DNA of 63,713 nucleotides, counting the filler, from Calcarisporiella thermophila CBS 279.70 (Eukaryota; Fungi; Calcarisporiellomycota): the NCBI RefSeq assembly GCF_041956535.1. It is 8 parts of 8 records of this genome, joined end to end, with 100 filler letters (N's around TTAATTAATTAA, not from the genome) between each part and the next. Parts side by side here need not be neighbours in the genome. Positions count along the whole stretch, not along the records: positions 22,972 to 38,583 come from NW_027192200.1; 7 more parts are not named here. One strand, 5' to 3'. A program made the position numbers and the translations under genes. Shown in pieces: positions 22,972 to 35,226 of this stretch (its first letter is position 1; each line of letters begins with the position of its first letter). Below the pieces are notes generated by a model, which was given only the letters and a program-made list of their open reading frames with translations, did no database searches and had not been told where the DNA came from.

Positions 22972-25313
22972 ATTATGATGATATTAGTTGTTTGGCTTCG
23001 CTATTCACAGCCCCAAGCCACTCAGAGCATCTCTTTCAAACTCAGTTTTTGGATTGGGCTCGCCGACTCTCTGTATAGAGCAACCTATATCATTAGAAAA
23101 GCCGAGGATTTTCTCGATGATGTTGTACCCACAAATATTTGGCTTGCCAGAATTATCTTATGGTCTTTCGTCTTTTTTCCCATGTGGTTTTCTCTTCTCA
23201 CTGTGAGCATTGCTTTCGATCTCCAGCTCTCTGCTTTTCACAAAAATATTAGCGTGGTGCGGTTCCAGAGGTGGTATCTTCCGCTATCCACATTTTTAGC
23301 GTTCAGTCTATCGTCACCACAGCTATTCTGTGGTAAAGCGTGGTGGAATCCAAAAAGCGTATGTGTTGGATTACTCGATGCTACTTCACATCGTCATTTT
23401 ATGAAAGAACTCATTTTTTTAGAAATATATTGGCACCGATTGGTCACCTGAATTTGAACTTGCCACGACTGTATTGTACAATATCATTGTATTAGGCGGC
23501 ATTTTATACTCTTTTATTATTATATCTATCGGCGTTATATATGTTTTCCGGACAATTTTTGACTCACGTAGAGAACGACTTCATCATAGAAGTGAGGATC
23601 GTAATAGAGAACGACTTGTTATGATGTCAGTGATTCGACTTCTTGGATACCCTTTAGTACTCATCATAACTATGCCAGCCGAATGCATAATGAGAATAGT
23701 GTTCATTACACACAACCGATTCACTCCTTTCGGCGAAATTACTGATAGGGCGAAGGCAACTATAACTGGTATGCAAGGCATATTCAGTTTAATTATCTTC
23801 TTGTTTAACCCGACATTTTCGAGTGCACTTGGAGAATTTTCATTTTTCAAAAACCGGAATGTACACCATTCTAGCTCACAAAGCATTTCAAACGCATCCA
23901 CAAAATTAGGTGGGAGAGATTCGGCTCTTCGGTTTGAGCCACAAGAAAGTGCTGCTGTCAAATATGTTCCTAATATTGAGAAACAGCCTTTGGCATCACT
24001 TCGGAAAGTAAAATTTGAAAATGAGGGAGAAAGGAAGGATGTAGCAGAAGCTGATATTCAATTTCAACCGAGATCCTCAACAATAGCAGGTCAGCTACAA
24101 GTACTATTCTCTTCAACAGATATTCCTGATCAACAGGAAGTGGGAACCGAAAGTAAAATAATTTTTGGGAGAAAATTTTGTAACGAAAAAGGTAATTGTC
24201 GTATGATATTATATATAGACTAAGTTTTCTAAAGAATTGTATATATTAAATAGTAATACATTATATTTTGCCAAATGACGAAATGGAGATAGATCGTTTA
24301 ATAAACCAGCATTATTTGTTTCGGTCAGTATCTTTCAATTCATTTCGATACATATCGAATGAAACTCACCTTTCAGCTCGCCTTTTTTTTAGACGTCTAT
24401 TCAAGAATCATAATTTTCTCTCTCCAGTACAAATCGGTTTAAAAAATGGAGCAATGGTATTGGATGTTGGGTAAGTAATAAAAGAATATTTTCAAGATTA
24501 CCTTAAATTCACTATGAATTATTTAATAAGATGTGGCCTAGGCACCTGGACCATGGAAATGGCATCCGATTTTCCGGCCAGTTATTTTTATGGTATTGAT
24601 ATTTGTAGCACATTTCCCCTACGAATCGTACCTGAAAACTGCAGCTTCCAAGTTGCAAATATCCTTGACAAACTACCATTTATGGATGGATCACTTGACT
24701 TCATATATATTCGATGTCTGAATCTTGGCATATATCAAAGCGAGTGGCCAACTGTAATAGAGGAAGTTGTAAGGATTTTGAAACCGGGAGGATATTTAGA
24801 AATGGTAGATATTGGTACGTACTGTATATAATGATAGTCAAGGAGATCCTAAGGTCAAAACTCATATTTATTATCTATTTTTTATAGACTATGCTTTTCA
24901 GGGTGAGGGCAAAGCGTTCCAAAAATTTTCGGAAGGAAGTGAGTATATATTTTTCTCAACTTTAAAATATTGAATAAAAATCGAAATGTTTTACAATAGT
25001 TTATAATACTCTGCGTGCACGCGATATCAACCCTTCATTGGCACATAAAATTTACGAGTATTTGAAGTCAATAGGGATGGAAGAGGTACAATCTCGGCGC
25101 GTAAATCTACCAGTTGGCAAATCTTCTGGAGAACTTGGTGAACTTGGTTTGGAGAGCTGGGTGCAATTATTAAATTCTTTGAAGCCTCATCTTGCTCAGG
25201 TGATGTATATAAGCAGTGAGGAATACGACGAATTGCAACAGGATGTTTATCAAGAATTGATTGAAAATAGTACTAAAATTGAAATAGTATGTACCTATGG
25301 TAAAAAGCCATAA
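22972..25313 (+). CDS. Git3/cAMP-receptor-like 7TM GPCR fused to a LaeA-like class I SAM methyltransferase (5' end probably in gap)
   Basis: TM motifs IGLADSLY, WFSLLTVSIAFDL, RLLGYPLVLIITMP and QGIFSLIIFLFNP. In-frame introns at 23359-23422, 24192-24253, 24324-24392 and 24470-24530 give GRKFCNEK|VIHYILPNDEMEIDRLINQHYLFR, LDVGCGLGTW, FYGIDI, LPFMDGSLDFIYIR and RILKPGGYLEMVD. Confidence 0.8.
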
Positions 25314-25415
25314 ATATAAATGGATAAATTAAAGAACGTTAAATAAGAGAACATATAGAAAAAATTAGCAATTTTAATGAAAATATTTCGTTATACCAGG
25401 TTTATTTAAGTAAAT

Positions 25416-28400
25416 AATTCTTACTGAAGCCTAGCGTATGCGACGACTTAAGGGAATTGGACAAGGCAAAGTCAGCAGTCCACGCTTCACGATGATGAGG
25501 CCGATTTATTGGATAAATGAGCTGGTACAAAGAAATAAGAAATAGTAAACAAAAAAAAAATATCGTACGATTATCTGAACGCGATTTTGCTATAAATATG
25601 TTTCCTCGGCCGTCGCAAGAAGAGGGGAGGGAAATAACTCAAACAAAAAAACAAAAAAAAATTATTATAAAATTATAAAAAAAAAAGAAAATTTTGAGGG
25701 GAGGGAAGTGAAGCGTGGACTGCTGACTGCGCCTTGTCCATTTCCCTTAAGCCGTCGCATACGCTAGGCTTAAGTAAGAATTAGTCTGCGGACTTTGTCA
25801 GCAGTCCACGCTTCAGGATGATACAGAGGGACCTACTGTGTGTTTTCGCGGTCGGTCGAGAGGATCACACTGGTGATATCTACGTTGAACGCTCGATCTC
25901 TTCTGTAGAAGAGGTCGAAGGTAGATGACGATGCCCAATTTCCTAGTGTTACCACCGTGTCTACGTCGAATCCTCGTAATGCGAGCGTTGCACCCATCTT
26001 GCGTGCGTCGTGAGCGCGTAATTTGGATCCAGCAATCCCAAAGATTGACTTGATCCATTGATATAAGGTTGAAGGCTTGGCTGGAAGTCCGGTATTGGGA
26101 ATCAGAAAGATCTTTGTTGCTTCCACGAGTTTTCCTTTAGCTTGACACCTCCTACGATACTCGATGAATCACTCTACTGGGCACAAACAAGGGTCTGTGT
26201 GACGATGGAGGTGAAATTCTTTAACTACACGTTGATTCTTACTTGTCTCCTTTGGGCAATCGATTACTCCCCTCAAAGCCCTGTCGTTGATGACTATTGA
26301 CCGACAATCTATGTGATCCAAGTCTGAGACTCTTGAAAATGTGACTATTGCGAATAACCATGTCAGTTTGTACATGAGCGCGCGCAAATTAAGTGCTGAG
26401 TTTGTCGTCTTTAAAATGTTTAATGATCGGGGAGATGTCCACCGGTCTTTCAACAAGGTTGATAGGTGGTGCCTCTCTAGCTATTTCTCTATGAACCTCA
26501 ACAACCAAGGAGTCCTGATAAGAGTTTTCACCTGATTGAATTTCACTAATCGCTGAACAATAAAGTTGACAAGACTTTGCGGCTTTTCCTTGTTTGTGCT
26601 GCTCAACCAAATGGCTACTATTGCCGATGCCGGGTCTTTGAAAGGCGGGATGTAGTTTGCTACACACCACGCGATCCATTTCTTTTGCGCTGAGGAATAG
26701 TTGCGATGCTTGGCCAGTCCCCCTTTGCCTCATTGCAGCAATTCCTGTGTATCTAGAAAAGCGTTCTTTTTCCTCCACTCTTCCCTGAGATGCGCCAAGC
26801 GGTCAAATACTACGATTTGATCTTCAGTGGGTGCTTTGTCTGTGTTGTTGCCAGATGAATTGCCTTCTTCGGAATCCTGATCGGACCCTCCAGTTTCGTC
26901 TGTGGCAAAAAGGGAAACCATGGGGCTGATAGTCAATATGGAGTTATTATAGTTAGGTTCACTTGTTCCAACATCATCTTCCTAAGAACTCGTGCTCTCA
27001 TCCGTCCATGGCGGATTGGTATATTGGTTACCTTTTTTACCCAATTCTGCGCCAGAGCGTCCGTCGCTGCTGCTCCGGGCTCTGGGTATCTGGAGAAGAA
27101 CCTTAGGAAACGGTTCGTGAGCTTGTCTACGAAGAGATCGACTGTGTGGGGTCCCCATTTTTTCTCGATTCTTGAGAACACTGTCGTCTGTGAACCAAGA
27201 CTGGTTTGCCTTGATCTTTCTTGAAGCCGCGTCTGCTTCTGTGTTTAGTGATCCTGGAATGTATTCTGCTATCAGATGAATTCGCCGAGTCAAACATTCT
27301 GTCCAGATCTCTCTCGCTAGCGAATTGAGACGGGGTGATCTGGTACCACAGAAGTTGTTCACGTATGCCAACACTGTTGAGTTGTCGGTCCGAATCAAGA
27401 GAGTTATGTTCTTGAGGGCTGGAAAGGAGTGTAGACACAGCTGTATCGCCTTTAGCTCCTTCCAATTGATATGGTATTGACTCTCTGTTTCTGACCATGG
27501 CCCGCCTATGGTAAGGGATCCGAATTTCGCTCCCCATCCACTGTCTGACGCGTACGTCGTAGCGATTCCAGATGGCGCCGGAGGAAGTAATGATTTCCCG
27601 TTCCACTTTTTGAGCTCTTCTGCCCACCACTCTAGCTCCTCTAAAGCTTCCTTTGGGAGGATGAACGAGGCGTCCCAGTCTAGGTTGGTGTTCAGTGCTC
27701 TGATGTGTGCCATCATCAGTGACCTCGAAAACAGTCTTCCTGGCATTATTGCTGGAAAGGCTGCATTCAATGCTCCCAGAAATGCTGTCAATTGTCTAGG
27801 AGTTGTGAAGCCTGCATTGTGCAATCCGATGGCTGTGCAAGCAATGTCTCGTACCTTTTTCCTTGGTAACTTGAGAGATATTTTCCGCGTGTCGATGCTG
27901 AATCCCAAATGTTAGATCGTCTGGGTCGGGGTGAAGACCGATTTTTCCTGGTTAATCAGGAACCCTTATCTTTCCAACGTCTGGACTACTATCTGAGTAT
28001 GTTCCATCGCTTTCTGTCACGGGGGGGCTGCGATCAGTAAATCGTCCAGATAGCAACTCAAGCGGTCTTGTTGCCAGTGCGACTTGTTTTGCCAGGTCCG
28101 TTGTAGCGGTTCTTATGGGCAGACTTAATAAAAATAATATAGTAAATTGGTGAGGAAACATGAACAAAAACAAAGGAATTGAATAATCAGATGTTATAAT
28201 AATCAGACGATAAATTACTACGATCAGGAGATAAACGGCCTATTCAAAAACAATAAAAATATTAAGATTAAAAGATAAGATTAAATATTACTATTGAGCG
28301 AATTGGTTGAGGAAAGTTTAGGAATAACTTGAATGGTTCGTCCCGCTACATCTGACAACTATAGGTCGTGCTTCTTGGCAATTTTACTCATACAAGAGAG

Positions 28401-28925
28401 TAAAGATGAATTCATTGGGGGCGCCTCGTACCTCATTCCTTTCCTTGGAGGGTTCTCGTCACAGATCCCTTTCCATTCTTCCGAGGTCAGGTTAACATTT
28501 TCTTCGTTTGCTGATCTTTGCTCAAAACGTCCTGCAAGCTCTTGGGGACTCTTACCAATGTGTCTCGCGTATGGAAACTTTTGGAAATAGTGCGTCTTGT
28601 AGCTCCCTCACGGAATCGCTCTCTGATTCACTATGAAGAACTTCGGGTTGGGAATCCATCTTTAAACGGAAGTAACCAGCTCAAAACGGTCGAGGAATTA
28701 TCTTCAAGCCAACTCTTTTATAGTTAGAACAATCCATCTCGGATTTTCAGGTTATTTTGTACTTTATTTTTCTTCAAGTTTCTTTGGTTTTCTAGCACAC
28801 TGTTTTCTCTGTACCGGCTCATTAAACATAATAAGTTGGGCTTCGTCCTCGTGAAGCCGGGACTACTGAATTTAGCCTGTTCATTTTGCTTAAGCCGTCG
28901 CATACGCTGGGCTTAGGCAAGAAAT
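25416..28925 (-). mobile_element. Degenerate DIRS-type tyrosine-recombinase retrotransposon (gag relic, RT/RNase H, methyltransferase-like domain, YR)
   Basis: RNase H motifs ASDSGWG, HINWKELKA, RTDNSTV and NTEADAASR. MT-like WGPHTVDLF..DALAQNW..YTNPPW. YR motifs FSRVSDL, RAHDARK and GNWASSSTFDLFY. Terminal repeat at 25416-25490 and internal complementary region at 25708-25822. Confidence 0.9.
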
Positions 28926-29041
28926 ACACCAGGCTTGACATTTTCTAGTTTTGGGCATTAATACCAGGTCTCAGCCGCAGGACTGATTCTCTGGCTAACC
29001 CGTTTATTTTAAATTATCTAAGCAAAATACATAAGTAGAAA

Positions 29042-30382
29042 TTAAAAGTTGTTTGAAAATATCTTGTCTGCTTCAAGCGTCTCTAGAACGTCTGTACGCA
29101 ATGTAATAAGCACATTCAACCCACCCTCGGGCCAATGTAGTGGCGAAGGCAGGATAATTAGTGCACCTTCAAAAGGTAGAGGTGGTGTCATGACTCGTGT
29201 TGGCGTGCCGTATCCAAAGTCAACACCATAGATCGCAAATTTAGCCCAACTAGAACTCAAGACATAGCTTTCAGGAATATTTCTGGAGATTGCGGGATGA
29301 ATTATTGATTTATCCGGTTGCTTTTCTATCCATTCTAAACTTTGACCCAAGTATATGTTGTTGACTTGATTAATTGCGGAGCGAATGGATAATGCCAGGC
29401 GACCAACTTGTTCTTCACTGGAAACAATATCGGCTGGAAGCCTCGTGAGCTTGCAAATAACTAGTGATCCAAATGAGTTGGCCGGTAGTTGTGGCTCAAA
29501 TTTGGGGCGAGTATCTATTACTATTCCGCAGGTAACTTCTTGGTCGCCATCAACTCTACGCGCTCGTGTGATTGCGCTCCAAAGGTGCGCAAGTAGGGCA
29601 TCATGCGTCGATATCCAAGCTTCCTTGTCGTCTATTTTGCACGCGGCTGCGGCCTTGAGCTCTCTTAATGCTTCTTTTGAAAACACAAAGCTTCGCATTT
29701 CTAGTTTTGCTGCATTTTGTGAAACCTCTTCGGAGACTTGTGAATCCACTTCGAAATCGGGCGAGTAATCCGTGCCATCGACATTTCCTCTCGGGGTGAT
29801 AGCACTAGGGTCCCACATTATTTTGTCGTACCCTATACCACGTGTCACTTGTCCCCAAAGTTTTAGAAAGAGATCAACGGAAGAAAAATCTGCAATACGG
29901 TGGTGCATGTTGATGCCTAATGCGACGGATCCGCAAGGATAGCGTGTGAGGCGAGCAGCAAACAGAGGGGATGGCAGTTTTTGTGCAAAGAGGCCCATTG
30001 GACACAGATCTTCGGCAACTTCTGCTGGTTGAAAAGCAGAAGAACCGGCATCGGGAAAAGTTGAGGTTGTTTGTGCTACAGAAAAATGCACCCCCGGCAT
30101 AGAATTTCGCTCGAAAGAAATCTCCCAGCTATTGTCTGCGATTGCGCGGAGTAAACCACTTACAACGGGAATGATGTCGATGGTTTGCTTTAGAGAATCA
30201 AGTAGTTGCCAATGGGGCATAAACTCTTCTTTGGAGCTTAAATTCGATGGTTTCTTGAAATAGCACACAACACTAATATACATCGGAAGAGTCACAGATT
30301 CGATGCCGGTAAGCCGGATGGGCTTGGACGGGAGTGTCGTGGTGATGGAGGGCTTAATGCAGAAGTCGTGGAGGATTTTCAT
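29042..30382 (-). CDS. BAHD/transferase-family CoA-dependent acyltransferase (intronless)
   Basis: HXXXD motif (HHRIAD), DFGYG motif, ISTHDALLAHLW and SSW. Confidence 0.92.
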   Translation of the reverse strand: MKILHDFCIKPSITTTLPSKPIRLTGIESVTLPMYISVVCYFKKPSNLSSKEEFMPHWQLLDSLKQTIDIIPVVSGLLRAIADNSWEISFERNSMPGVHFSVAQTTSTFPDAGSSAFQPAEVAEDLCPMGLFAQKLPSPLFAARLTRYPCGSVALGINMHHRIADFSSVDLFLKLWGQVTRGIGYDKIMWDPSAITPRGNVDGTDYSPDFEVDSQVSEEVSQNAAKLEMRSFVFSKEALRELKAAAACKIDDKEAWISTHDALLAHLWSAITRARRVDGDQEVTCGIVIDTRPKFEPQLPANSFGSLVICKLTRLPADIVSSEEQVGRLALSIRSAINQVNNIYLGQSLEWIEKQPDKSIIHPAISRNIPESYVLSSSWAKFAIYGVDFGYGTPTRVMTPPLPFEGALIILPSPLHWPEGGLNVLITLRTDVLETLEADKIFSNNF

Positions 30383-31448
30383 TATTACAAATAATAATAT
30401 ATGTTTAATTATTCCTCGTAATCAAGGCTCATCGCTAAACCCTCTGTTTTCTTTTTATATTACAGTCGCGTAATCCGTTTCCACGGATAAATCTTTCTCG
30501 TTATCGTTTTTCTAGCATCGAGACACGATTCGGATCCAATTTTGACACTTGGGATAGATTTCTGACAAGTGTTCCAGTAGTATGAAAGCATACTCTGGTT
30601 TTCGTCTTGTACTCTCCCAAGAAAATTACTCAAAGTAGTATACTTTTATATGACTCGCTAAGTATCGAGTTAGCAGCTGAGTGTTGAAATTGCTATTGGA
30701 TAGATTTTAGGAAAATTTATGTTCATATTGAATATGACAGAGTTAACATATATGGCAGGTTTTGTTGTCATGGGTCGTGATACTTCTTTAATACAAATAA
30801 AGCAAAAAATAAAGGGAGTGATCCTCGGCTCTACAAATGAAAATACCGGACTACAATACCGTTTAAAGTACATCAAGGATTTATGGATTTGGTAATCAGG
30901 TAAGCATATGATGTGATGTGTTAAGACAGAGTCTGGGCGCTAATCAACACTTAAAAATGGGCGCATGCAAAATAACTTCCAGGGATGCTACAGTATGCAT
31001 GATTCATATTCAATGATCCGATTTATGTAAGCAGCATTGCTCCCCATTCTAAAAGTTAGATTTAAATTAGTATTATGACATTATTTGAGAATATTATCTA
31101 ATTTGAGAGTCTCATTAATACGAGTCATAGTAGTAATAGAATATATTTTCTGATAATGGAGGGGCGCTCTTCGAGAATTCGATAATAATAATGTAACGAT
31201 TTTGATAAGCAGGAATTTTGTAATTTTGAATACTATGATATTGTGTTTACCAGCAAAAGGTACTCAATAGAAGATTAGCTTTTTCCACATTATCATTATT
31301 ATTGGAAATAAATCCATAAAAATAGAGAACCTATTCTTTTAATTTTGCTTTTACCATACTCGAAATATCTAGTTGATCTTGTATATCTCTTGACAAATCA
31401 GTCCTGCATGTCCCCTTTTTTCTTATAATATTCCCTTTATATTGCGCC

Positions 31449-33434
31449 ATGAATACGTACCTTTTTATTGCTGTTCTATTGGCGTCAACATTTGTCATAG
31501 GAACCTCCAAGCTGTTAGGTGAAACGGCGGAAAAACGGATCGAAAGTTTCGGACCCGTTATATCGAATACTCAGATTTACAAAACTGAGGAAGCTTCAGA
31601 AGTGCGACAAGGCCCATATGACCTCAAACAACAGGAGGTCTTGGAAATAGCACGCCAGTTTGCATCAACAAAGCTGACCAACTCGGAGTTCTTGGTGAAA
31701 GACATCTATAAATCTCAAATAAATGGGGTTACTCATGTCTATTTGCTTCAAGTAATTGATGGAAGGGAAGTGGTTAATAGCAATATCAACCTTAACGTCG
31801 ATGCAAACGGTCGAGTTATCTCTCACGGCAACTCGTTTTTCCGCGGCAGAAACACGTTCAAAAGACAAGCTATACCAATTGACAAGGCCACTGGCGAAGT
31901 CAAGGCTCCTACCCTTGACCATTTTGGCGTCCTAAAATCGCTCGCAAAGTATCTTCATACAGAACTAGCCGACCCAGAAAATATTACTATAGAAACTGAA
32001 TACTCTCCGGATGGAAAACCAATAATGCGGCTTACCAACGTGTCCTTCGCGGTCCCTGATAGCCAAGTCCTGATGCGCCAGGTCCTGATTCAGACGGAAA
32101 ATGGTCATCAAATTCAACCTGCCTGGGAAATAGAGGTTGAGATGGAAAATAACTGGTTCCAAGCATACATTCACGAGGACAATGGAAATGTACTCTCAAT
32201 GGTTAATTGGGTGGCTGATGCTTACTACAACGTGTTCCCATTTGGGCAAAACGATCCATCAGAAGGGCCTCGAAAAATGCTTAAAAACCCACAGGATCTG
32301 ATTGCTTCACCAAAAGGCTGGCATGTTCAGGGTGACACTAAGAATTTCACTGAAACCATTGGAAACAACGTTTATGCCTATGAAAATCTTGATGGTCCAT
32401 CGTTTCCAAGCTGGAAGGGAAGACAACGGGCAAATGGGGGTGAAAATCTAATATTTGATTTCCCACTCGATCTTTCACAAAACCCAAAGACCTATCTGAA
32501 TGCATCGATTACCAATTTGTTTTATTGGACCAATCTCATGCATGACCTCTTCTATCGCTATGGTTTTGATGAGGTCGCTGGCAATTTCCAAGAAGACAAC
32601 GGAGGCCGTGGCGGCAAAGGGAATGATGCGATATTCGCAATAGCTCAGGGTGCAAGTATACCGGCCGGTACCGAGATTATACTTCCACCCGATGGTCAGC
32701 CCGCTAGGATGCGTCTATATGTATGGACCAGGCTCAGTCCATACCGTGATGGTGACCTTGACGCAGGTCTTATAATACACGAATATAGTCATGGGATTAG
32801 TAGTCGTCTCACGGGTGGTCCGAATAACGCAAATTGCCTTAACGCAGGAGAAGCAGCAGGTTTGAGTGAAGGGTGGAGCGACTTTTTTGCTACCATTCTA
32901 CGTACAACAGCCAATCACACTCGTGCTTCAGAATTTGCCATGGGTGTTTACGTGAATGGCAAAGGTATTCGTAGATACCCGTACTCTACTAGCTTCAGGT
33001 CCAATCCTGAAACTTATGGAATCATGAACAACTTATCTTATGCCGGCGCTCATCCTAAAGGCACAGTATGGGCTAACATGCTCTATGAAGTCTATTGGAA
33101 TCTGGTTGATGTGCATGGTTTTAATCCAGAATGGTTTCCACCCATTACTACGGATTGGAATGAACTGCGAAAATATATCACTTCTAAAGGCAATACGTTG
33201 ATGTTGCAAATTGTGGTAGATGGCCTCAAACTGCAACCATGTCGTCCCAATTTCACGCAAGCTCGCGATGCAATTTTACAGGCAGAAAAATTACTCACTA
33301 ATGGTAAATTTGCTTGCGATATCTGGAAAGGTTTCGCTAAGCGCGGGCTAGGCATTGGAGCTAGAGTTATTGTTGATAACGGATCCGGGCGTGAAACACG
33401 CGAGGAGAGCTTTAAGTTACCACAAGAATGTTGA
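31449..33434 (+). CDS. Fungalysin (M36) secreted metalloprotease (intronless)
   Basis: Signal peptide, FTP propeptide GVTHVYLLQVIDGREVVN, TIGNNV, YGFDEVAGNFQ, HEYSHG zinc motif, GLSEGWSDF and IWKGFAKRGLG. Confidence 0.95.
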   Translation: MNTYLFIAVLLASTFVIGTSKLLGETAEKRIESFGPVISNTQIYKTEEASEVRQGPYDLKQQEVLEIARQFASTKLTNSEFLVKDIYKSQINGVTHVYLLQVIDGREVVNSNINLNVDANGRVISHGNSFFRGRNTFKRQAIPIDKATGEVKAPTLDHFGVLKSLAKYLHTELADPENITIETEYSPDGKPIMRLTNVSFAVPDSQVLMRQVLIQTENGHQIQPAWEIEVEMENNWFQAYIHEDNGNVLSMVNWVADAYYNVFPFGQNDPSEGPRKMLKNPQDLIASPKGWHVQGDTKNFTETIGNNVYAYENLDGPSFPSWKGRQRANGGENLIFDFPLDLSQNPKTYLNASITNLFYWTNLMHDLFYRYGFDEVAGNFQEDNGGRGGKGNDAIFAIAQGASIPAGTEIILPPDGQPARMRLYVWTRLSPYRDGDLDAGLIIHEYSHGISSRLTGGPNNANCLNAGEAAGLSEGWSDFFATILRTTANHTRASEFAMGVYVNGKGIRRYPYSTSFRSNPETYGIMNNLSYAGAHPKGTVWANMLYEVYWNLVDVHGFNPEWFPPITTDWNELRKYITSKGNTLMLQIVVDGLKLQPCRPNFTQARDAILQAEKLLTNGKFACDIWKGFAKRGLGIGARVIVDNGSGRETREESFKLPQEC

Positions 33435-34139
33435 AGTTCGAGTAATGGCAAAACACATTAAAATATATAATTTACAAAGGCTTTATGGCTTAAGTGGCTA
33501 TGGTTGTAAAATATTAATACAATTATAACCAAAATTAAAAAGAGGCTCGCTCAATCCGCAAATTTTCGGTTCGTTGGAATTGCTGCGTCGCTTAAAATCG
33601 AGTATTCAGTTATTGAGCAGAAATTGCACGCAAGCGCGGGATTACTACAGAAATGAGCGTACATAAAGCTTTGCTAGATTCGATAAAGCTGTTTCTTGCA
33701 CACACAACATCCATCTTATAGTTGCATACAGCAGAGCGCACTAAATAATTATCCCAATGTTTAACTGAGTAATGCCTTTTCAGTGTCGTTTGTTTATTTC
33801 CGCCTGCATGGACGTGGTAAAATTTGAGCCTGAGAAAAACAGGTGTAGAAATAGAGTGGTAGGCATTGCATTCTGTTTGAATTTTGGCTTGGATTAATTG
33901 CCTCATTGCCACAATACTAAGTTTCGTCAAGTTAAGTAAACAATTTCAATGTAAAACATATGAATCTTCCAAACGTGTTCATATGCAGTTCTGGGAAAAC
34001 ACGAGTCATTCACAGCACCATTCCTTTGAAGCGGCTAATAATGATGAATCGCAGAGGCTCATTCTGAATGTAAATCGCTTAAGCCCGCTCCATTTTGTTC
34101 TTGCCATTGGTGTTGTGTTAACCTAGGTTGGCAGCATGA

Positions 34140-34651
34140 TATTATCTACGAGGGAACTCGAGCAATTACGGGGCCATTCCTTGCGAAAATTGGGCGCTAC
34201 CAGAGCTTAAGTTGCAATAATTACTGGAACTGATGAGGCGGTGGCTCTTGTTCTCTGTTTTTTCATAGTTTACTTGTCCAACCGAAATGGTAAGCATTAT
34301 GCACTCTTGATTGCAGAATATGCAATTACAATCGTATCGATGCCCTTTCTCTCAGTAGTAGATACACTGTGGCAAGCAGTGGTGCTGGTGATTGCTGAAC
34401 GATTTGGTAAAACAGTACAATCTCTGTCCCGTGACACGGTGCTTGCTCAAGCTGGGAGCAATCTTGGACTGGGGAGAGCATTTGCATATCATGAATCTCT
34501 CGATGAGTCGGGTGCACTTTTCGGACCACTGATCGTTGCTAGTATGATCGCGCTCTCCGGCTACCGTTTGGCATTCATTGTTCTTGCCATTCGGGATACT
34601 TGCATAACTGATGGTATTGTGAAGGAGTTTGAAAATATTAGACCCAAATAA
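34140..34651 (+). pseudogene. Truncated prokaryote-like MFS transporter pseudogene
   Basis: YEGTRAITGPFLAK..(frameshift/stop)..ERFGKTVQSLSRDTVLAQAG..GLGRAFAYHESLDESGALFGPLIVA. Only the N-terminal half is present and it has no introns. Confidence 0.65.
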
Positions 34652-35226
34652 TTATTTAATTAATTAAATTCTGTGACCTATTATATTTTAACAGAAAAAT
34701 TATGTCGAGTAGGAGACTAATAATAATGTAAACTTTACACTTGTTATCCCATATATCCCTGACATTAAACAATAATTTATGTAAGTCCCAATGCAAAATA
34801 CACTTCTAAAAAAAAAAGAGATTAAGCATTAAAAGTAACAATACAAAAATTTTTTTTGCAGGGAGGAATTATTTGAGATTGGAGATTGAGGCATTAGAGC
34901 CGACAGCATAAACATAGTCACGGATCGATATACTTTGTTAAAATTTTAACTAAGATCTTTTAAGTAACCCTTTTCGGGGGAACAGTGAAAATAGGTTGTG
35001 ATAAAACTACAGCTCTTAGACTATTTTCAGTAGTATATTAAAGGAAGAAAAACTGGTTTCCCAGGGTGCTGAGTTTGGAAATATCCATATTTATATTTTG
35101 CTGTTTTTGATTATAAGGACATTATTGAAAATTTAACTCACTTTGTTCATTTATTTGATTATTTTCTAACTCCTCATTTATTAAAACAGCTTAACCATTA
35201 CTTGTGTTTTTTAATCAAAAATAAAA

